A DNA stretch of 64,000 nucleotides from NCBI GenBank assembly GCA_963745465.1, contig CAVUXT010000045.1, positions 35,235-99,234 on the forward strand, given 5' to 3'. This DNA is from an uncultured Bacteroidota bacterium. Lineage in GTDB: Bacteria; Bacteroidota; Ignavibacteria; Ignavibacteriales; Ignavibacteriaceae. Below the pieces are notes generated by a model, which was not told where the DNA came from, searched no databases, and worked only from the letters and a program-made list of their open reading frames with translations. Of the stretch, positions 58,238-64,000 are shown piece after piece. The stretch's first letter is position 1. Each line of letters starts with the position of its first letter. Made by a program: the position numbers and the translations under genes.

Positions 58238-61200
58238 AGTTAAGGACGGACTAAACAACGAGGAAGTTCCACAGGAAAAGGATCAGAATTACTGGCGCAG
58301 TTTTGCGGAGTTGCACAAAGATCCAGCTTTAATTGAAGCCAGCCATCATGAGTTTCAGGAAGGCGCTACAGATGAATTTGATCCGTCTAAATTATCAAAA
58401 GTTTCAAGACGTAAATTTCTGGCACTTGTCGGCGCATCTGCAGCATTGGCAGGCGCCGGTTGTTCGAATTACCGTGATAAAGGAGAAATAATTCCTTACA
58501 CTAAGATGCCGGAGGATACTGTTGTCGGCAAGCCGAAATATTATGCTTCTACATTAAATTATGGATCTTTGTCTCAGGGAATTTTAATAAAGACCAGAGA
58601 AGGAAGGCCGATTAAGGTTGATGGTAATCCGGACCACCCGGTAAGCAAAGGAAAAATAAATGCCATAGGTCAGGCTAGCATACTGAATTTGTATGATCCT
58701 GACAGGTTGCAGAATCCAATGAAGAAAGCAAGAAGCGGTGAATTTTTGAAATCAACCTGGCAGCAGGTAGATTCGGAAATTGTAGGCGCTTTAACTTCAA
58801 ATGCGGGGAAAAGCATTGCTATCGTAACCGGAAAAATACTTTCGCCTACTACAAAAAAAGTTCTTGATGATTTTGCCTCAAAATATTCCGGCACAAAAAT
58901 TTATTCGTATGAATTATTTAACGATGAAAACAGGAATTCCGCATGGAAGAAATGTTACGGAACAGATTCATATCCGCTTGTAAAATGGAATGAAGCTAAG
59001 GTTATAGTTGCGCTGGAATCCGACTTCCTTGGAAACGATGGAAACAAAGTTGAAAACTCCAGGCTGTTTACGGAAGGAAGAGATGTTAATGATGCTAAAA
59101 ACTTTAACAGACTTTATGTAGTTGAAGGGAATATGTCGCAGACAGGAATGAACGCAGACTACAGGCTAAAGCTAAGACCTGATGCCCAGAACGAATTTGT
59201 AATGAGCCTTTTGAAAGAAGTAGCAAGAAGAACAGGAACCGAACTTTCTGTTAATCTTTCAGATTATTCACTTGATAATTTTTCCAAAACTTACTCGCTT
59301 AATACTAAAAAATTAAAATATCTTGTCGATGACCTTATCAATAATAAAGGCAATGCGATAGTTTATGGCGGCAGAACTTTATCTGAGGCAACTCACATTG
59401 CAGTTAATCTTATAAATGAAATTTTAGGCAACGCGAAATTATACAGAACTGATTCTGCAGTATATTCTTTGCAACCATTGAGCACAAAGGAAGAGCTGGA
59501 ATCGCTTGTCTCTGATATGAATTCAGGTAAAGTCGGCGTTGTAATTCATTTTGATTCAGATCCTGTTTATTTATTACCAAATGATTTAGGATATGCAGAA
59601 GCTTTAAAGAATGTTCCTACAATAGTATCATTGACTGAAAGCGATAATGATTCATCATCCGCTGGTAATTATACATTGCCAATCAATCATCCTTTTGAAT
59701 CCTGGGGTGATGCAAAAGCAAGAACAGGATTTTCATCACTTCAACAGCCTGTTATTTCTGCAATTTATAATACGAGGCAAAAAGAAGCCGTACTTCTTAA
59801 CTGGATAAACGGAGCCAATGGAAAATTTAGTGATACTATGTATCACGAATATCTTATGAAGAATTGGGAGGCAAATATTTATCCTGCATTAAAATCAAAA
59901 TTAAGTTTTAAAGAATTTTGGTATGGGGCATTGCAGGATGGAGTTGTTTTAACAATTGATTCTCCAAAGAGTTTCGGTAAGTTTAATTCATCAGCATTAA
60001 ATGATCTTAATAAATCAATAAACAAGCTATCAGGCTATGCAATTATTTTAAGTGAAAGCTATTCTCTTGGTGATGGCAAATTCTTAAATAACGGATGGCT
60101 TCAGGAGCTTCCACATCCCGTAAGCAAAATGACCTGGGATAATTATGCGGCTATTTCACAGAATACTGCAAAAGAATTGGGTTTAAAAAATAATGACAAG
60201 ATTTCTGTTACAGTAGGTAAAAGAACACTGGAAATACCGGTTCTGATTCAGCCGGGATGCGCGGATAATACAATTGCAATTGAAACCGGCTGGGGAAGAA
60301 CAGTTGTTGGTGAAGTAGGTAAAGGTACAGGTTTTAATGCAAATATTTTATTGTCAAAAGACTCTACTGGTTCATCCTGGATGTTTACTTCCAGTGATAT
60401 TAAAAAAGGCAACGGTTCATATAAATTAGTTTCTGCCCAGGAACATCATTTGTTTGATACATTCACCTGACGAAAATTTACTTGGCGAAAGACATATAAT
60501 TAAGGAAGGAACAGTAAAGGAATATTTAAAAAATCCGAAATTCATTTCTGAAATGCATGAAGAAGAACGCGTTGACGAAATTTACCCGAAACATCCTGAT
60601 TGGTTTACAGGTGTTAAATGGGCAATGTCAATCGACCTGAATAAATGCACAGGCTGCAGTGATTGTGTTGTTGCCTGCGTTGCGGAAAATAATATTCCGG
60701 TTGTTGGTAAGGATCAGGTTGCAGTCGGTAGAGAAATGCAATGGCTCAGAATTGATGCATATTATTCTGGTTCGGAAGACGATCCGATAGTAAGTACTCA
60801 GCCTATGTTATGCCAGCAATGTGATAATGCACCTTGCGAAAATGTTTGTCCGGTTGCTGCTACTACTCACAGTAAAGACGGACTGAACCAGATGGTTTAT
60901 AACCGTTGTGTAGGAACAAGATATTGTTCGAACAACTGTCCTTATAAAGTTCGAAGATTTAACTTCTTTAATTTCAGGGATCATTTCAGAGATGGATTCC
61001 AACAGAAAGAATTATTAGATCTTGTTTACAATCCTGAAGTAACCGTAAGATCCAGAGGAGTAATGGAAAAATGTACTTTCTGTATCCAGAGAATTGCTAC
61101 TGAACGTGAAAATGCTATTCGGGAAAACAGGAACATTATTGGATCAAATGTTCATACTGCCTGCCAGGATGCATGCAATACTAATGCAATTAATTTTGGT

Positions 61201-61338
61201 GATATGAATGACAAGAACAGCGAATTTTATAAATACAGAAATCATGAATTAGGTTATTACGTTCTCGAAAATTTGAATGTAAGACCAAATGTTACCTATC
61301 TCGCTAAATTAAGAAATACCCATTCGGAGGAAGCATAG
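58221..61338 (+). pseudogene. actB: Alternative complex III subunit ActB (molybdopterin-oxidoreductase-like B1 plus 4-cluster Fe-S B2 module); frameshift near 60460 as sequenced
   Basis: Tat signal SRRKFLALVGASAALAGAGC. ORFs 58221-60470 and 60454-61338 join as ...QEHHLFDT/SPDENLLGERHIIKEG. B2 has CTGCSDCVVAC, CQQCDNAPCENVCP, CVGTRYCSNNCPYKVRRFN and CTFCIQR. Confidence 0.9.
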
Positions 61339-62715
61339 TGAGTTTAGATTATAGTAAAGAATTAACTCTGGTACAGGGCAACCTGACAATGGCAGATCTA
61401 GATAATGCCATTGCAAAACCTATGGATACAAAGCCCGGTAAAAAATATTTTATTGCCCTGTTATTTACAACATCACTCTTGCTGCTTGGTGTTTTAGGGG
61501 TATCTCTTACTTTCTTTTACGGCATTGGAGAGTGGGGAAATAATCAACCGGTTGCGTGGGGCTTGGGGTATTACAAATTTCGTTTTTTGGGTTGGTATTG
61601 CGCACGCAGGTACATTGATTTCTGCAATTCTTTATTTGTTAAGACAAAAATGGAGAACCGGCATTTCGAGATTTGCTGAGGCAATGACGATCTTTGCTGT
61701 AATTTGTGCCGGAATATTTCCAATAATTCATACCGGTCGTCCCTGGCTTGCAGGTTATTTGATACCGTATCCGAACTCGCATCACTTATGGCCGAATTTT
61801 ATTTCGCCGCTGGTATGGGATGTGTTTGCCGTTTCGACATATTTTATAGTTTCACTGATGTTCTGGTATGTTGGTCTGATTCCAGATTTTGCAACTTTAA
61901 GGGACAGGGCCAGTTCCAAAATTAAAAAAACTATTTATTCATTATTTAGTCTTGGCTGGAAACATTCAAACAGGGACTGGAGACATTACGAAAAAGTTTA
62001 TATGATTCTTGCTGGCCTAGCCACACCTCTTGTACTTTCTGTTCACTCTGTTGTGAGCTTTGACTTTGCCGTTGCAGTATTGCCGGGATGGCATTCAACA
62101 ATATTTCCTCCTTACTTTGTTGCCGGAGCTATCTTTTCAGGATTTGCAATGGTGGTTACTGCTCTGCTGTTTGTGAGAAAAGTATTCGATCTTGAAAATG
62201 TAATTACTATGGATCACCTTGAAAGAATGAATAAGATCATTCTTCTTACAGGCTCTATGGTTGGTTATGCTTATCTAATGGAATTTTTCATTTCGTGGTA
62301 CAGCGGCGTGCCGACAGAACAATATGCTGCCATCAACCGGGCTTTCGGTGATTATGCCTGGGGTTACTGGATTATGGTTGCCTGTAACTCGCTTTTCCCT
62401 CAATTATTCTGGTTCAAGAAATTCAGAAGATCGATCCCTGTTATGTTTATTGTTGTAATATTAGTGAATGTAGGTATGTGGTTTGAAAGATTTATAATTA
62501 TTGCTTCCTCTCTGCAAAGAGATTTTCTGCCCTCAAGCTGGGGTTATTTCACTCCAACCTGGGTTGATTTCTCAATCTTAATTGGAAGCTTTGGATTATT
62601 CTTTACACTCGTGCTTTTGTTTGCGAGAACATTGCCTGTTGTTACTATGTCAGAAATTAAAGGAGTTGTTGAAGGTGCACAGCCCTCGCACCATGGAGGC
62701 GATCATAATGGCTAA
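61338..62715 (+). pseudogene. actC: Alternative complex III subunit ActC (NrfD/PsrC-like quinol-interacting membrane subunit); frameshift in the G-rich tract 61557-61568 as sequenced
   Basis: ORFs 61338-61679 and 61525-62715 join as ...[33 protein letters not shown]. There are about 10 TM helices. Confidence 0.9.
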
Positions 62716-63871
62716 TAAAAAACTACATTCTTTAGCGGCTCTGTTTAATACTCCGGATGAAATATTAAATGCCGCGAAGAAAACTACTGAAGCTGGTTAT
62801 AAAAAGTTTGATGTAAATACTCCATACCCGATGCATGGAATGGATCGTGCAATGGGAATGGGCCAGTCCAAAATTGGTTTTGTAACATTATTCTTTGGTT
62901 TGTCAGGTGCAACTTTTATTTTCTTGTTTATGTGGTGGTCATATGCGGTCAGCTATAATATCGTTGTTGGAGGAAAACCATTCTTTTCAATTCCAGCTTT
63001 TATTCCTATTACTTTTGAAACAACTGTATTGTTTGCTGCTATCTCAACTGTATTGGGAATGATTGCCGTTTATTTTAAGCTACCCAATAATGCACATCCG
63101 TTACACGATACAGATTATATGAAAGCAGTTTCCGGAGATAAATACGGATTGGTAATTGAAGCGGATGATGAAAAATTTGATAAAGCTGAAGTGGCTGAAT
63201 TTTTAAAAAAACTTGGTGCTTATAAAATTGAAAGTGTATTCTTTCCTGAAGAAGAGAAATACAGAATGTTTGCACCAAAATTTCTTTTATTTCTTGCGGT
63301 TGTAGCGATTGTCACTTCAGGCGCAACCTATGTAACTTTAAATAAATTAATGTACATAACTCCTTTTGACTGGATGGATGTACAAAGCAAATTAGCTGCC
63401 CAGGAAAAAAGCGATATCTTTGCTAACGGAGAAGGTATGCGTCCTCCTGTTGAAGGTACAGTAGCCAGAGGATATTTACCTTATCCATATGAAGGAGAAA
63501 CTAATCCGACCCTGGTGCTAACAAACCCGACAATCCCTACTAAGCAGATTTTGGATCTCGGGAAAAGAAAATTTTTAACTTTTTGCAGCCCATGCCATGG
63601 AAATTATGCAGACGGGAACAGCAGGTTGCAGGGGCAGTTCCCTAATGGTCCAACTTTGCATTCGGATAAAATCATAAATTATCCTGATGGAATGATCTAT
63701 CATATAATTACGAATGGCCAGAATGCTATGCCTTCTTATGCAAGACAAATTACGAGAAACGAAAGATGGGCTATTGTTGATTACATCAGAGTATTACAGA
63801 GAGCACAAAATGCAAAAGAATCTGATTTAGAATCAGTAAATAAGGAGTCTGTTTCAAATGTCCAAAATTGA
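62708..63871 (+). CDS. actD: ActD (DUF3341 membrane subunit) fused in frame to ActE (monoheme cytochrome c)
   Basis: The ATG at 62708 overlaps the actC stop (ATGGCTAA). The N-half [38 protein letters not shown] plus 2 TM helices is ActD-like. The C-half [13 protein letters not shown]...CSPCHG...MPSYA is ActE-like. No stop codon separates them. Confidence 0.8.
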   Translation: MANKKLHSLAALFNTPDEILNAAKKTTEAGYKKFDVNTPYPMHGMDRAMGMGQSKIGFVTLFFGLSGATFIFLFMWWSYAVSYNIVVGGKPFFSIPAFIPITFETTVLFAAISTVLGMIAVYFKLPNNAHPLHDTDYMKAVSGDKYGLVIEADDEKFDKAEVAEFLKKLGAYKIESVFFPEEEKYRMFAPKFLLFLAVVAIVTSGATYVTLNKLMYITPFDWMDVQSKLAAQEKSDIFANGEGMRPPVEGTVARGYLPYPYEGETNPTLVLTNPTIPTKQILDLGKRKFLTFCSPCHGNYADGNSRLQGQFPNGPTLHSDKIINYPDGMIYHIITNGQNAMPSYARQITRNERWAIVDYIRVLQRAQNAKESDLESVNKESVSNVQN

Positions 63872-64000
63872 ATCCGGTTACGTTAAAAAGAATTTACCAC
63901 AATCAGTTCAAAAAATCGGAATGACGCTAGCGGGCATTGGTTTGTTGCTGGGCATTGCAGGCTTTGCATTTAACAGTTATCGTGCGTCTTACGCATACCT
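63858..64000 (+). CDS. actF: Alternative complex III subunit ActF (NrfD-like), N-terminal fragment; 3' end runs off the window
   Basis: AAGGAG at 63842-63847 precedes the ATG at 63858, and the first TM helix MTLAGIGLLLGIAGFAF is present. The assignment is by operon position after actE, and only 47 codons are visible. Confidence 0.55.
   Translation, partial: MSKIESGYVKKNLPQSVQKIGMTLAGIGLLLGIAGFAFNSYRASYAY

Noticed and set aside
1-64000. Search for CRISPR arrays, rRNA, tmRNA/RNase P/SRP RNA signatures, transposases, integrases, and toxin-antitoxin or known defence-system genes.
   Set aside because: No regularly spaced direct repeats were seen. There is no GGTTCGA-type T-arm outside the three tRNAs and no RNase P (GAGGAAAGTCC) or SRP consensus strings. 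No ORF has recombinase, nuclease-defence or TA hallmarks. Visual scanning could still miss degenerate or novel elements.

Overview
Low-GC (about one-third G+C by eye) chromosomal segment from an FCB-group bacterium. The Ignavibacteria/Bacteroidota-like assignment is inferred from PorU/PorV, T9SS C-terminal sorting domains and an alternative complex III operon. The window is mostly housekeeping and envelope genes:
- cinA-thpR-recA-recX, murB.
- A phenylalanine hydroxylase plus a PTPS-folE-SDR-SDR pterin cluster, interleaved with peroxiredoxins.
- An ECF sigma/anti-sigma envelope-stress module.
- A TPR/beta-barrel/HU-SPOR/ExbB-ExbD-TonB block.
- tRNA-Leu(GAG), tRNA-Gln(CUG) and tRNA-Glu(CUC).
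- nth, and a T9SS locus: porU, porV, a catalytically dead M6-like cargo protein and an outer-membrane metalloprotease/PD40/barrel protein.
- der, upp, relA/spoT, ruvX, tmk, an S41 peptidase, glcD/glcF-like oxidase genes and actA-B-C-DE-F.

No integrase, transposase, CRISPR array or rRNA was seen.

The most unusual element is a self-contained two-gene operon of BMC-H (Pfam00936-type) microcompartment shell proteins at 48035-48877. It sits among housekeeping genes, with no pentamer, trimer or cargo-enzyme gene anywhere in the window. The second protein carries a long C-terminal tail ending in a HeH/Rho_N-like motif.

The second notable property is a high load of reading-frame lesions: 13 frameshifts and 1 in-frame stop. 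Seven of these are packed into the first ~850 bp of porU. Single lesions occur in the PTPS/queD-like gene, the outer-membrane metalloprotease, glcD, glcF, actB and actC. This is either an error-prone assembly or real gene decay, and read-level data are needed to decide. All functional calls rest on motif recognition in the supplied translations, since no database search was possible.
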